Part shown: positions 17,224 through 26,510 of the stretch, one piece after another
Layout: each line of letters opens with the position of its first letter
How positions within the stretch are numbered: position 1 is the stretch's first letter
Source of the DNA: an uncultured Candidatus Saccharibacteria bacterium
GTDB taxonomy: Bacteria > Patescibacteriota > Minisyncoccia > UBA6257 > GWB1-50-10
NCBI GenBank assembly: GCA_964356375.1
Contig: CAYHGT010000002.1
Coordinates: forward strand, 7,056-71,055
Direction: 5' to 3'
DNA length: 64,000 bases
The notes under the pieces: generated by a model
Seen by the model: the letters and a program-made list of their open reading frames with translations, nothing else
The model's database searches: none
Told to the model about the DNA's origin: nothing
Made by a program: the position numbers and the translations under genes

Positions 17224-18051
17224 ATGAAACAGTATAAGCCAACAACTCAATCGCGCAGGCACATGACCGTAGTGGACTATGGAACGCTCACAAAAGGTGT
17301 GACGCGTTTAAAGTCACTTACGCGTGGTAGGAGCAATAGGGCGGGACGTAATTCACAGGGTCGCATCACAATGCGTCACCAGGGAGGAGGCAACAAGAAA
17401 ATCTACAGAGAAGTTGATTTTGTACAGAAAAAATTTGGTGTTCCGGGAAAAGTTGAGTCAATTGAATACGATCCATATCGCACTGCATTTATCGCGCGTA
17501 TAAGCTATAAGGATGGTGATCGCAAATATATTTTGGCACCGCACGGAATGAAGGTGGATGATATTATCATTGCGTCGGAAACCGCTGATTTCACATCGGG
17601 CAACCGCACCTCATTGAAGCGTATGCCAGTAGGTACATTCATACACAACATTGAACTTGCGCCAGGCAAGGGTGGGCAGATGGCGCGTTCTGCTGGTTCG
17701 TCAGTCCAGGTACTCGCAAACGAAGATGGTTATACACACTTGAAGATGTTATCGGGTGAAGTACGTAAAGTTTCTTGGGATTGTTATGCAACAATCGGCC
17801 AGGTTTCAAACATTGAACACAACCTTGTGGTGGGTGGTAAAGCTGGACATTCGCGTTGGCTCGGCATTCGTCCGACAGTTCGTGGTAAAGCTATGAACCC
17901 GCGCGATCATCCATACGGTGGTGGAGAAGGTAGTACGCAACGTGGTACGAAGCGTCCAAAGACGAAATGGGGCAAGATTACGGGAGGACGAAAGACTCGT
18001 AACAAGAAGAAATGGTCGTCAAAACTTATCGTATCGCGCAGAAAGAAATAA
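17224..18051 (+). CDS. rplB: 50S ribosomal protein L2
   Basis: Typical L2 sequence (GRNSQGRITMRHQGGG, HPYGGGEG). Confidence 0.9.
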   Translation: MKQYKPTTQSRRHMTVVDYGTLTKGVTRLKSLTRGRSNRAGRNSQGRITMRHQGGGNKKIYREVDFVQKKFGVPGKVESIEYDPYRTAFIARISYKDGDRKYILAPHGMKVDDIIIASETADFTSGNRTSLKRMPVGTFIHNIELAPGKGGQMARSAGSSVQVLANEDGYTHLKMLSGEVRKVSWDCYATIGQVSNIEHNLVVGGKAGHSRWLGIRPTVRGKAMNPRDHPYGGGEGSTQRGTKRPKTKWGKITGGRKTRNKKKWSSKLIVSRRKK

Positions 18052-18107
18052 AAGTTGTCAGATACGTGCATTACAGATATACTAATCACCGCATTAAATA
18101 AACAATT

Positions 18108-18428
18108 ATGAGCCGTTCAACACGAAAAGGTCCCTGGGTAGACCCGAATATCCTAAAGAAAATCTCCACCATGAAGCATGGCGATCACACCGTCGTAAAG
18201 ACGTGGTCTCGTGATTCAGAAATTTCTCCAGAAATGGTTGGATTTACGTTTGGCATACACAACGGGAAGGACTTCATTGAAGTAACAGTGGGCGAGGATA
18301 TGATTGGCCACAGGTTTGGCGAATTCTCGCTTACACGTAAATTCGTGAAGCATGGTGGAAAGATGCAACGTGATTTGGAAAAGACAAAAACAGCAGCTCC
18401 TGCCGCAACTCCGGTGACGAAAAAATAA
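18108..18428 (+). CDS. rpsS: 30S ribosomal protein S19
   Basis: Typical S19 sequence (SRSTRKGPWVD...HNGK.FI.V.V...MIGHRFGEF). Confidence 0.9.
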   Translation: MSRSTRKGPWVDPNILKKISTMKHGDHTVVKTWSRDSEISPEMVGFTFGIHNGKDFIEVTVGEDMIGHRFGEFSLTRKFVKHGGKMQRDLEKTKTAAPAATPVTKK

Positions 18429-18436
18429 TAACGAAT

Positions 18437-18952
18437 ATGGAGACCATTATCGCAAAATTGAAATACATGAGGATGTCACCGCGCAAAGCGCGTATTTACG
18501 CGAACATTATTAAGGGTCTCCAGGTAAATGAAGCCGAGGGACAACTTATTTTGTCGCCACATCGCACGCGTGATTATCTTTTACGTCTTTTGCGTAGTGC
18601 GGTTGCAAATGCAACACACAATAATAAACTTAACCCAGACACGCTTTATGTGAAGAACATCATCGTGGATAATGGTCCCATGACATCACGATGGACACCT
18701 CGTGCACGCGGAAGTGTAAGCCAGATACAAAAAAAGACATGTCATGTAACAATTGAGCTTGGTGTGCGTGAGCCGAAAGCAAAGCGATTTACTATAATTA
18801 CAAAAAAGAAAAAGAAAGACGAGAAACCAAAAAAGAAAAAGGGCGGTTCAAAAGATGCAAAGCACGCACATGATGAAAAAGGAGAAGGTGCGGAAAAGCC
18901 AAAAGCAAAGCGAAGTGGCGGTCCGAAGATATTTAGCAGAAAAGTAATTTAG
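18437..18952 (+). CDS. rplV: 50S ribosomal protein L22 with a Lys-rich C-terminal extension
   Basis: L22 core (RMSPRKARIYANIIKG) plus a roughly 60-aa K/E-rich tail. Confidence 0.85.
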   Translation: METIIAKLKYMRMSPRKARIYANIIKGLQVNEAEGQLILSPHRTRDYLLRLLRSAVANATHNNKLNPDTLYVKNIIVDNGPMTSRWTPRARGSVSQIQKKTCHVTIELGVREPKAKRFTIITKKKKKDEKPKKKKGGSKDAKHAHDEKGEGAEKPKAKRSGGPKIFSRKVI

Positions 18953-18957
18953 AATGT

Positions 18958-19635
18958 ATGGCACAGAAAATTAAACCAACAACATTACGCATCGGAGTTA
19001 CGCTTCCTTGGGCAAGCCGTTGGTTTTTTACGCGCAAAACAAGATATTTCCTTGAAGAAGATTATGCAATTCGCGAATTTGTGCACGAGAAATTGAAAGA
19101 AGCGGGCGTTGCCGGCATTTTGATTGAGCGCACAAGCGAAGTGGTACGGGTAAGTATTTTGGCAAGCCGTCCAGGTCTTATTATAGGACGCGGTGGCAAA
19201 GGCATTGAAGAACTTCGCGAGAAACTTCTCCGTAAGGTGAAGGCGCTTCGCAAGGCAAACAAAGCGCCAGCCAATTTTACACTCAATTTGAATATAGAAG
19301 AATTAAAACGAACCGAGGTTTCTTCTGCGGTGTTGGCACAGCAGATTGCGACCGATATTGAGCGCCGACAGCCGTATCGCAAGATTATGAAGCGCGCAGT
19401 AGAAACAACGATGCAAAATCGCGACGTGAAGGGAGTAAAGGTAAAACTTTCTGGTCGTTTGAATGGCGCAGAAATTTCGCGTACCGATTGGCTCGCAAAC
19501 GGACGTATGCCACTCCAAACACTCCGCGCAAATATTGATTATGCCGAAGCAACCTCGTTCAATAGTTATGGAACGGTGGGGGTGAAGGTGTGGATTAACA
19601 AAGGAGAAATTTTTGACGAAAAGAAAGGGAAGTAG
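18958..19635 (+). CDS. rpsC: 30S ribosomal protein S3
   Basis: KH domain and the S3 C-terminal domain (GRGGKGIEELREKL; GAEISRTDW). Confidence 0.9.
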   Translation: MAQKIKPTTLRIGVTLPWASRWFFTRKTRYFLEEDYAIREFVHEKLKEAGVAGILIERTSEVVRVSILASRPGLIIGRGGKGIEELREKLLRKVKALRKANKAPANFTLNLNIEELKRTEVSSAVLAQQIATDIERRQPYRKIMKRAVETTMQNRDVKGVKVKLSGRLNGAEISRTDWLANGRMPLQTLRANIDYAEATSFNSYGTVGVKVWINKGEIFDEKKGK

Positions 19636-19644
19636 TTTTAATAT

Positions 19645-20055
19645 ATGTTACAGCCAAAGAAACAAAAACATAGGAAGCAGCAGAAAGGACGCTCACGAAG
19701 GCGCCTTGTTGAGACGCGCGGATTAACGCTCTCCTACGGCAAATTTGGACTTCAGGCGCTTGAGGCCGCGTGGCTTACAGCGAACCAGATTGAGGCGGGA
19801 AGAAAAACGATTGCGCACTCAATGCATCGCGAAGGTCGTCTTTGGATTCGCATATTTCCTGATAAACCAGTAACGAAGTTACCGCCTGAAGTGACGCTTG
19901 GAGGTGGAAAGGGTGAAATTGATCACTATGTATTTCCGGTGAAGCCTGGAAGAATTCTTTACGAAGTTGATGGCGTGAAGGAAGCCGTTGCAAAGCGCGC
20001 GCTCTTGATGGCGGGGCACAAGATGCCAGTTAAAACAAAATTCATTACACGTTAA
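19645..20055 (+). CDS. rplP: 50S ribosomal protein L16
   Basis: MLQPKKQKHRKQQKGR N-terminus and the L16 core. Confidence 0.9.
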   Translation: MLQPKKQKHRKQQKGRSRRRLVETRGLTLSYGKFGLQALEAAWLTANQIEAGRKTIAHSMHREGRLWIRIFPDKPVTKLPPEVTLGGGKGEIDHYVFPVKPGRILYEVDGVKEAVAKRALLMAGHKMPVKTKFITR

Positions 20056-20059
20056 AAAT

Positions 20060-20278
20060 ATGAAAAAGAACGAATTTAACGCAATAAAAAATAAGCCAGT
20101 TGCCGAGATTGAAAAAGAACTCGCGGAGCTTCGTACGAAGCGTGTGAATCTTAAATTTGATTTGGTTGCAGGAAAAGTGAAGAATATTCGCGAAATTCAG
20201 AATGTGAAGACGAGTATTGCTCAGCTTCTTACTGTGTTGCAGGAAAGGTCAAAAACCGAAGTGAAAATGAGCAAATAA
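20060..20278 (+). CDS. rpmC: 50S ribosomal protein L29
   Basis: 72-aa helical protein at the conserved position. ELRTKRVNLKFDLVAGKVKN matches the L29 signature. Confidence 0.8.
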   Translation: MKKNEFNAIKNKPVAEIEKELAELRTKRVNLKFDLVAGKVKNIREIQNVKTSIAQLLTVLQERSKTEVKMSK

Positions 20279-20279
20279 T

Positions 20280-20507
20280 ATGAGAAAACTTCAAGGTATA
20301 ATTGTTTCGGATAAAATGATGAAGACTCGCGTGGTCGCCGTTGATCGCATGAAAAAGCATCCGCGATATGAAAAGTATTACACTGTAACGGAGCGATTCA
20401 AGGCACACGACGAAAAGAACGAATATAAGACGGGGGACAAGGTAATTATTCAAGAAGTTCGTCCGATGTCACGTGAAAAACGCTGGACAATTGTTGAAAA
20501 AGCGTAG
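20280..20507 (+). CDS. rpsQ: 30S ribosomal protein S17
   Basis: GIIVSDKMMKTRVVAVDR...KYYTVTERFKAHDE. Confidence 0.85.
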   Translation: MRKLQGIIVSDKMMKTRVVAVDRMKKHPRYEKYYTVTERFKAHDEKNEYKTGDKVIIQEVRPMSREKRWTIVEKA

Positions 20508-20543
20508 ATACTATTGAGACACTAATTTCGGCAATATAACACA

Positions 20544-20909
20544 ATGATTCAAGAACGATCCATATTAAAAGTGGCTGATAACAGCGGTGCAAAGACCGTG
20601 CGTTGTTTTCGCGTGCTTGGCGGAAGCCGTAAGCGATATGCAACAATCGGCCAGATTATCGTGGCATCTGTGCAGAAAGCCGAGCCAAGAAAGCAGGTAA
20701 AGAAGAAGGATATAGTTCGTGCGCTTGTGGTGCGTTCGCGCGCTCCTACGAAACGCGCAGACGGTTCAAGAATCCGATTTGATGATAACGCAGTGGTAAT
20801 CATTGATAAGGGCGAGCCGAAAGGAACCCGTATCTTCGGTCCGATTCCTCGCGAGATTAAAGAAAAGGGTTATGCAACCATTGCATCGCTCGCAGAAGAG
20901 CTCGTATAA
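20544..20909 (+). CDS. rplN: 50S ribosomal protein L14
   Basis: [28 protein letters not shown]. Confidence 0.9.
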   Translation: MIQERSILKVADNSGAKTVRCFRVLGGSRKRYATIGQIIVASVQKAEPRKQVKKKDIVRALVVRSRAPTKRADGSRIRFDDNAVVIIDKGEPKGTRIFGPIPREIKEKGYATIASLAEELV

Positions 20910-21033
20910 CAATTCAAACACTTGAGTATGAATCCCGTACAAAAATTAACAAACATGATTTTAAAGAAATACAAAGTTAATATTGCACCAGTGCAATTAG
21001 TCGTAAGACGGGGATTTTTAATTTTCTAACGAG

Positions 21034-21339
21034 ATGAACATCAAAAAAGGCGATACAATTAAAATCTTGGTAGGAAAAGACCGTGGAAAAACCGGTAAAG
21101 TTGTTCACGCGGATTCAAAAGCCGGCAAGGTGTCGCTTGAGGGTTTGAATTTGTACAAGAAGCATGTGAAACCGAAAAAGCAGGGGCAGAAGGGAGAGAT
21201 TGTATCAATCGCCCGTCCGATGGATATTTCAAACGTTGCGATTGTATGCCCGAACTGCAATAAGCAGACACGCATTGGATTTCGCATGGACGTGGATAAA
21301 AAGGTGCGGTATTGCGCAAAGTGTAAAGGAGCAATCTAA
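21034..21339 (+). CDS. rplX: 50S ribosomal protein L24 with a C-terminal zinc-ribbon extension
   Basis: KOW motif KKGDTIKILVGKDRGKTGKV, plus C-terminal CPNC...CAKC. Confidence 0.8.
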   Translation: MNIKKGDTIKILVGKDRGKTGKVVHADSKAGKVSLEGLNLYKKHVKPKKQGQKGEIVSIARPMDISNVAIVCPNCNKQTRIGFRMDVDKKVRYCAKCKGAI

Positions 21340-21342
21340 CCC

Positions 21343-21855
21343 ATGAAAAAGGAACCGAAAACAACTAAATACACGCAATCAGTACTTGCAAAACTCGTCA
21401 TAAATTCCGGTGTTGGCAAGCTTCGCAATCAGGCGCAATTTGACGATAAGATTTTGCCGGAAATTGAGAAAGAGCTCGCAAGCATCACGGGTCAGAAACC
21501 AGCAGAGCGCAAAGCAAAGAAATCAATCTCCACATTTAAGATTCGCGAAGGCGAAGTAGTGGGTTTGCAGGTGACGCTTCGCAAACAACGCATGAATGAT
21601 TTTCTTTCCAAGGTGGTGAATGTGGTGTTGCCCCGCGTGAAGGACTTCCGAGGACTTGAGATTTCAAGCATAGACCATGACGGTAATTTGAATTTTGGTT
21701 TTCGTGAACAAACCGTGTTCCCGGAAATCAATCCGGAAAAATCGCATGTGACATTCGGCCTTCAGGTGACGGTGGTCCCGAAAGAGAAAAATCGCGAGGC
21801 AGCAATTGCGTTATACAGGTCGCTTGGAGTACCATTAAAAAACTCTGAAAAGTAA
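21343..21855 (+). CDS. rplE: 50S ribosomal protein L5
   Basis: Typical L5 sequence (NLNFGFREQTVFPEI). Confidence 0.9.
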   Translation: MKKEPKTTKYTQSVLAKLVINSGVGKLRNQAQFDDKILPEIEKELASITGQKPAERKAKKSISTFKIREGEVVGLQVTLRKQRMNDFLSKVVNVVLPRVKDFRGLEISSIDHDGNLNFGFREQTVFPEINPEKSHVTFGLQVTVVPKEKNREAAIALYRSLGVPLKNSEK

Positions 21856-21857
21856 TC

Positions 21858-22043
21858 ATGGCTAAAACATCTGTAATCGCAAGAGCAAAAAAGGTACCGA
21901 AGTATTCTACGCGCATTGTAAAGCGATGTTTTCGTTGCGGAAGGAAGCGCGGATATATGAACGATTTCAATTTGTGCAGAATCTGTTTCAGAGAGTTCGC
22001 AAGTCGCGGAGAAATCCCGGGAATAAAAAAATCATCTTGGTAA
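21858..22043 (+). CDS. rpsZ: 30S ribosomal protein S14, zinc-binding type Z
   Basis: 61 aa with CFRCGRKRGYMNDFNLCRICFRE (CxxC...CxxC). Confidence 0.85.
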   Translation: MAKTSVIARAKKVPKYSTRIVKRCFRCGRKRGYMNDFNLCRICFREFASRGEIPGIKKSSW

Positions 22044-22044
22044 T

Positions 22045-22416
22045 ATGTATATAGACCTTTTGATAAAAATGAAAAATGCGGAGGCCGCCGAGAAATATTT
22101 CCTTAAAACGAAATATACCAAGATGGACAGCGCGGTAACTGAAATTCTCACACGATACGGATTTGTGAAGAGTTTTGATATAAAAGGAAAATCATACAAA
22201 AAAGTGATTGAGATGGAATTGAGCGAAAAGCGCCCCATTAAGGGAATTAAATTTTTGAGCAAGCCATCCCTTCGTCGCTATAGCGGATATGGAGATTTTA
22301 GACGCGTAAAAAGCGGATTCGGACTTCTCGTTGTATCTACTTCAAAAGGCGTGATGTCTGGCGATGAAGCAAGAAAAGAAAAAGTAGGAGGACAGCTCTT
22401 ATTCCAGATTTGGTAA
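22045..22416 (+). CDS. rpsH: 30S ribosomal protein S8
   Basis: Typical S8 sequence (DLLIKMKNAEAA...GFGLLVVSTSKGVMSG). Confidence 0.9.
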   Translation: MYIDLLIKMKNAEAAEKYFLKTKYTKMDSAVTEILTRYGFVKSFDIKGKSYKKVIEMELSEKRPIKGIKFLSKPSLRRYSGYGDFRRVKSGFGLLVVSTSKGVMSGDEARKEKVGGQLLFQIW

Positions 22417-22429
22417 TTATTCAATATAT

Positions 22430-22972
22430 ATGTCTAAAGTAGGAAAAAAACTTATTGAGATTCCGACAGGCATCACGGTAACCGTGGAGCCAAAGCGCGT
22501 TGTCGTAAAAGATGCAAAGCGCGAGCTTGTAATTGAAAAATTACGTGGTATCAATGTAAAAGTGGAGGGCAATGAGGTAACACTTACTGCGGACAGTACC
22601 GCAAAGCAGATTCGTAGTAATTGGGGAACGCTTCGCTCATTAATTCAAAATGCTATTGAAGGACTTGTGAAAGGATACGAAAAGACCCTTATTGTTGAGG
22701 GAGTTGGATTCAAACTCGCAAAAGAAGGCAATGACCTTACCATGAACCTTGGATTTTCACATCCGATTAAATATAAGACGCCGATGCATATTGAGTTTGA
22801 GATTGAGAAGAACACTATTTTAAAAATTAAGGGATTTGATAAAGCGCTCGTGGGTCAGGTGGCCGCAGAAATTCGCGCACTCAAGAAGCCCGAACCATAC
22901 AAGGGCAAGGGATTCCGATATTCCGACGAAGTCATTAAACGCAAAGCCGGCAAGAAAGCTGCTGCAAAATAA
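22430..22972 (+). CDS. rplF: 50S ribosomal protein L6
   Basis: Two-domain L6 (SKVGKKLIEIPTGITV...GFKLAKEGNDLTMNLGFSHP). Confidence 0.9.
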   Translation: MSKVGKKLIEIPTGITVTVEPKRVVVKDAKRELVIEKLRGINVKVEGNEVTLTADSTAKQIRSNWGTLRSLIQNAIEGLVKGYEKTLIVEGVGFKLAKEGNDLTMNLGFSHPIKYKTPMHIEFEIEKNTILKIKGFDKALVGQVAAEIRALKKPEPYKGKGFRYSDEVIKRKAGKKAAAK

Positions 22973-22984
22973 TAGCAACTATAT

Positions 22985-23338
22985 ATGAACGATAGAAAGA
23001 AATTAATGGAGAAGAGAGAACGAAGAGCAATCCGCACCCGCGCGCGTATTCGTGGCACCGCAGAACGTCCTCGCTTGTCGGTGTTCCGAAGCAATAAATA
23101 TATGCTTGCGCAGTTGATTGACGATGTGGCCGGAAAAACAGTCGCCTCAGCAACTTCAAAGGAGATGAAGAAGAAGGAGCCAAAACTTACTGGCGCAGAA
23201 TTTGTAGGAAAGATAATTGCAGAGCGTGCAAAATCAGTGGGAGTAACCACAGCAGTGTTTGATCGCGGTTCATATCGCTATCATGGTCGCGTAAAGGCGC
23301 TTGTGGAAGCGGTTCGCAAAGAGGGAATCAATATTTAA
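22985..23338 (+). CDS. rplR: 50S ribosomal protein L18
   Basis: RIRGTAERPRLSVFRSNKYMLAQLIDD, VFDRGSYRYHGRVKALVE. Confidence 0.85.
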   Translation: MNDRKKLMEKRERRAIRTRARIRGTAERPRLSVFRSNKYMLAQLIDDVAGKTVASATSKEMKKKEPKLTGAEFVGKIIAERAKSVGVTTAVFDRGSYRYHGRVKALVEAVRKEGINI

Positions 23339-23339
23339 T

Positions 23340-23864
23340 ATGTTTAATCCTAACCAGAAAACAAATCCAAATTCGCCGAGAGGGCCACAGAGAGGAGGAC
23401 CGAGGCGCATGATGCCGAAGCGCGTTACCGAATTTAAGGAACGTGTGCTTGAAGTGCGTCGCGTGACTCGTGTGGTTGCTGGTGGAAAGCGTTTCAGTTT
23501 CCGTGCAACAGTGGTTGCTGGTGATATGAAGGGACGCGTAGGCATCGGCACCGCAAAAGGTTTGGATTTTTCAGCGGCGGTACAAAAAGCAACACGTCAG
23601 GCGGAAAAAGGCATGGTTCGTATCAACCTGAAGGACGGACGCACTGTTCCATACGAAATTAATGCAAAATATGATGCAGCGCGAGTCCGTATCAAACCTG
23701 CGAAAGCTGGGCACGGTCTTATAGCGGGAGGTTCGCTTCGCGTGGTTTTGGAACTCGTAGGTATTAAAGATGTGTCAGCAAAGATTATAGGTACTACGAA
23801 GAATAAGATTGCAAACGCACGGGCGGGAATAAAGGCCTTGCAGTCAATAGAAGCAGTTAACTAA
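23340..23864 (+). CDS. rpsE: 30S ribosomal protein S5
   Basis: Start placed at the ATG at 23340 just after the rplR stop. RVTRVVAGGKRFSFRATVVAGD and GHGLIAGGSLRVVLEL are typical. Confidence 0.9.
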   Translation: MFNPNQKTNPNSPRGPQRGGPRRMMPKRVTEFKERVLEVRRVTRVVAGGKRFSFRATVVAGDMKGRVGIGTAKGLDFSAAVQKATRQAEKGMVRINLKDGRTVPYEINAKYDAARVRIKPAKAGHGLIAGGSLRVVLELVGIKDVSAKIIGTTKNKIANARAGIKALQSIEAVN

Positions 23865-23874
23865 TTTTCAAAAT

Positions 23875-24294
23875 ATGCAGCTTAACGATTTAAAACCAAA
23901 TGCAATAAGAAAAAGTCAGAAGCGCGTGGGCCGTGGTGGCAAGCGCGGAACGACCTCGGGACACGGACAAAAGGGACAGAAATCCCGCGCCGGTCACAGA
24001 ATCCGCCCCGCAGAGCGCGATCTTTTGATGCGCATTCCGAAATTGCGCGGTATCAAGAACAAGCCGAAACGCCCGAACGCATTACTCTTTACTGTGGGCG
24101 AGCTTACAAAGATTTTCCCAGAAGGCGTGGTTTCAAAAAAAGTTATCGTTGAAAAAGGATTGGCACTGGGCACACACATCCGCATAAAGATTTTAAGCGG
24201 TGGCGAGATAAAGAAGGCAATCATGGTTGAAGGAGTAGAAATTTCTAAGAGCGCAAAAGCAAAAATAGAAAAGGCGGGCGGAATCGTTAAGTAA
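23875..24294 (+). CDS. rplO: 50S ribosomal protein L15
   Basis: KRVGRGGKRGTTSGHGQKGQKSRAG. Follows rpsE directly with no rpmD between them. Confidence 0.85.
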   Translation: MQLNDLKPNAIRKSQKRVGRGGKRGTTSGHGQKGQKSRAGHRIRPAERDLLMRIPKLRGIKNKPKRPNALLFTVGELTKIFPEGVVSKKVIVEKGLALGTHIRIKILSGGEIKKAIMVEGVEISKSAKAKIEKAGGIVK

Positions 24295-24305
24295 TACGAA
24301 TCAAA

Positions 24306-25577
24306 ATGAATAAACTGGTTCTTATCTTCAAATCTCCGGATCTTCGCAAAAAAGTACTCATGGTGCTTTTTTGGCTTTTTGTGTTCCGTCTTTTTGCAGC
24401 AATCCCAATACCAGGTATTGATGCGTCGCGCTTGCAGGTCTTCTTTGAATCAAACCAGCTATTTGGTTTCTTAAACATCTTTTCGGGCGGAGGTCTCTCT
24501 AATCTTTCAATAATGATGCTTGGTGTTGGTCCCTATATCACCGCAACCATCATAATGCAGCTCTTGACCATCATCTTCCCGAATCTCAAAAAAGCATATT
24601 ACGAAGAGGGCGCAGCGGGCCAGGCGAAGTTTAACCGCATCTCTCGTCTTATCACGGTGCCACTCGCAATGCTTCAGGGTTATGGATTTTTGAACTTGCT
24701 TATGTCTCAGGGCGTTATTCCTCGTCTTGATTTATTTTCAATCGTGACCGATGTGCTCATCATAACCGGGGGCTCGGTCTTCCTAATGTGGATTGGTGAG
24801 ATTCTCTCCGAATACAAAATTGGTAATGGTATTTCGCTTCTCATTCTCGCAGGCATTGTGAGCGCTTTGCCACAGACAATATCTTCGGCGTTCTTAAACT
24901 ATACTCCCGCGGTGCTCCCAACCTATCTGCTTTTTACGGTAATCAGCGTTATTGTTATCGCGGGCGTGGTGTTTGTGAACGAAGGAGAGCGAAAAATCCC
25001 GGTATCATACGCAAAACAAGTGCGCGGTATGAAAGTGTATGGCGGCGCATCGTCATATCTCCCGCTTAAGGTTAACCAAGCGGGCGTAATTCCGATTATC
25101 TTCGCAATTTCCATTTTGCTTTTCCCTCAGTTTATTGCACAATCTATCGCAATTTTTTCACCCGACCTTTCATTAAAGATGAATGAGATTGTATCAAAGG
25201 TGTTTAATAACCAGCTCATCTATGGCTCGCTCTATTTCTTCTTGGTCGTGATGTTCACATATTTCTATACCGCTATCACATTTGATCCAAAGGAAATCTC
25301 AAAAAATCTTCAGCAGAGCGGTGGATTTATTCCCGGTATTCGTCCGGGTGAGGCAACCGCAGAAGTCATTGCAAAGACGGTACATCGCATAACCTTATTT
25401 GGTGCGTTGTTTCTTGGTGTGATTGCAATCTTGCCAAACGTTACGCGATTCTTCACAGGAGTTCAATCATTCAGTGTGGGCGGTACGGCACTTCTCATCG
25501 CGGTTGCGGTGGCTTTGGATTCAATGAAACAGATTGAATCACAACTCACAATTCGCGAGTACGAGGGAATATTCTAA
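24306..25577 (+). CDS. secY: preprotein translocase subunit SecY
   Basis: 10-TM architecture. Typical N-terminus (LRKKVLMVLFWLFVFRL...IPIPGID) and C-terminus. Confidence 0.9.
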   Translation: MNKLVLIFKSPDLRKKVLMVLFWLFVFRLFAAIPIPGIDASRLQVFFESNQLFGFLNIFSGGGLSNLSIMMLGVGPYITATIIMQLLTIIFPNLKKAYYEEGAAGQAKFNRISRLITVPLAMLQGYGFLNLLMSQGVIPRLDLFSIVTDVLIITGGSVFLMWIGEILSEYKIGNGISLLILAGIVSALPQTISSAFLNYTPAVLPTYLLFTVISVIVIAGVVFVNEGERKIPVSYAKQVRGMKVYGGASSYLPLKVNQAGVIPIIFAISILLFPQFIAQSIAIFSPDLSLKMNEIVSKVFNNQLIYGSLYFFLVVMFTYFYTAITFDPKEISKNLQQSGGFIPGIRPGEATAEVIAKTVHRITLFGALFLGVIAILPNVTRFFTGVQSFSVGGTALLIAVAVALDSMKQIESQLTIREYEGIF

Positions 25578-25641
25578 GAGATAATCGCTTCTCGCTCATA
25601 CGCCTAAAACATTAAAATTCACTGTTTGCTACAATGTATAT

Positions 25642-26049
25642 ATGTCAGCAATCGTAGCTCTAATTGCACTCTCGTTAATTGGTATTGGCGAAACAATCTA
25701 CCTTATTCGCAAAAGAATAAGAACAGAGAGACCAATTTGCGTTCTTGGCGATAGTTGTAGCGCGGTGCTTGAAAGTAAATATAATAAACTTTTTCTTATC
25801 CCTAATGATATTTTGGGGCTTCTCACCTATGGAATGATATTTCTTTTGTCTGTGTTTTATCTGTATGGCATTATACCGACAGAATTCACGGTACTTGGTA
25901 TTATCGGATTGGTTAGCTTAGGATGTTCGGCGTCGCTTATATTTTCTTATATTGAATGGAGAATTATAAAAGCGTGGTGTTTTTGGTGTCTTGCATCTAC
26001 ATTTACATTTTTTGCAATTGGAATTATATTAATACTCTATGGCTTCTAA
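25642..26049 (+). CDS. VKOR-family (vitamin K epoxide reductase-like) thiol-disulfide oxidoreductase membrane protein
   Basis: Four TM segments, a loop Cys pair CVLGDSC (C-x6-C) in the first loop, then a CFWC CxxC motif at the start of the last TM. This Cys order is the VKOR order, not the DsbB order. Confidence 0.5.
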   Translation: MSAIVALIALSLIGIGETIYLIRKRIRTERPICVLGDSCSAVLESKYNKLFLIPNDILGLLTYGMIFLLSVFYLYGIIPTEFTVLGIIGLVSLGCSASLIFSYIEWRIIKAWCFWCLASTFTFFAIGIILILYGF

Positions 26050-26093
26050 CACAACCAAATGCTGGAAACTAAAAACAATAATATACAAACATA

Positions 26094-26486
26094 ATGTTCG
26101 CACAAACACTACAATACAGTGATATCGGACTCTTCGTGCTTCGTTTCGCCGTTGGAATAATTTTTATCGTGCATGCGATACCAAAATTCAAGCATCCCAA
26201 AGATATGGCGCTTGGTATTGGTATCTCAGGCATGAGCTTCATGATTGTGCTTTTAGGGTTGGTTGAAATGGTTTCAGCGCTTTATTTGATATTCGGGTTT
26301 TATACGCAACTCGGCGCATTGCTTTTAAGTTGCGTAATGGTCGGCGCAATCACCATAAAAATAACCAAGTGGGGCGTTCCATTTTCCACAAATGACAAAA
26401 TGGGTTGGGAGTTTGACCTTGTGTTGCTCGCGGCAAATATAGCGATTCTTTTGGTTGGTGGAGGCTCGTTGGGAATTCAGCAGTAG
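26094..26486 (+). CDS. DoxX family membrane protein
   Basis: LFVLRFAVGIIFIVHAIPKFKHP matches the DoxX signature. Four TM helices, 130 aa. Confidence 0.6.
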   Translation: MFAQTLQYSDIGLFVLRFAVGIIFIVHAIPKFKHPKDMALGIGISGMSFMIVLLGLVEMVSALYLIFGFYTQLGALLLSCVMVGAITIKITKWGVPFSTNDKMGWEFDLVLLAANIAILLVGGGSLGIQQ

Positions 26487-26510
26487 CAAAAAAGATTTAA
26501 CTTTAAATTT

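Noticed and set aside
16317-17225. A 302-aa minus-strand ORF, and many similar antisense ORFs (for example 10105-10635, 9477-9908, 14466-14849, 27925-28500, 57426-57908) lying opposite ribosomal, EF-G, EF-Tu and other conserved genes.
   Set aside because: They are fully embedded in strongly conserved coding sequence on the other strand, have low-complexity or Cys/Phe-rich composition, and have no start or RBS context. They are typical shadow ORFs.
20925-20938. An exact 14-mer AGTATGAATCCCGT is shared between the rplN-rplX spacer (20925-20938) and the scpA-scpB spacer (53818-53831). Both copies sit right after a stop codon and begin an inverted repeat with a downstream GGGATT.
   Set aside because: In 64 kb, roughly eight exact 14-mer coincidences are expected by chance on one strand. 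Only 14 nt match and the flanks diverge immediately, so this is probably a coincidence and not a dispersed element. The similar context is noted but there is not enough to call a repeat family.
25612-25644. Promoter for the VKOR-like gene.
   Set aside because: A -10-like TACAAT sits 6 nt before the ATG, which fits a leaderless transcript, but no acceptable -35 lies at 16-18-nt spacing. It is mentioned only in a finding and not annotated as a feature.
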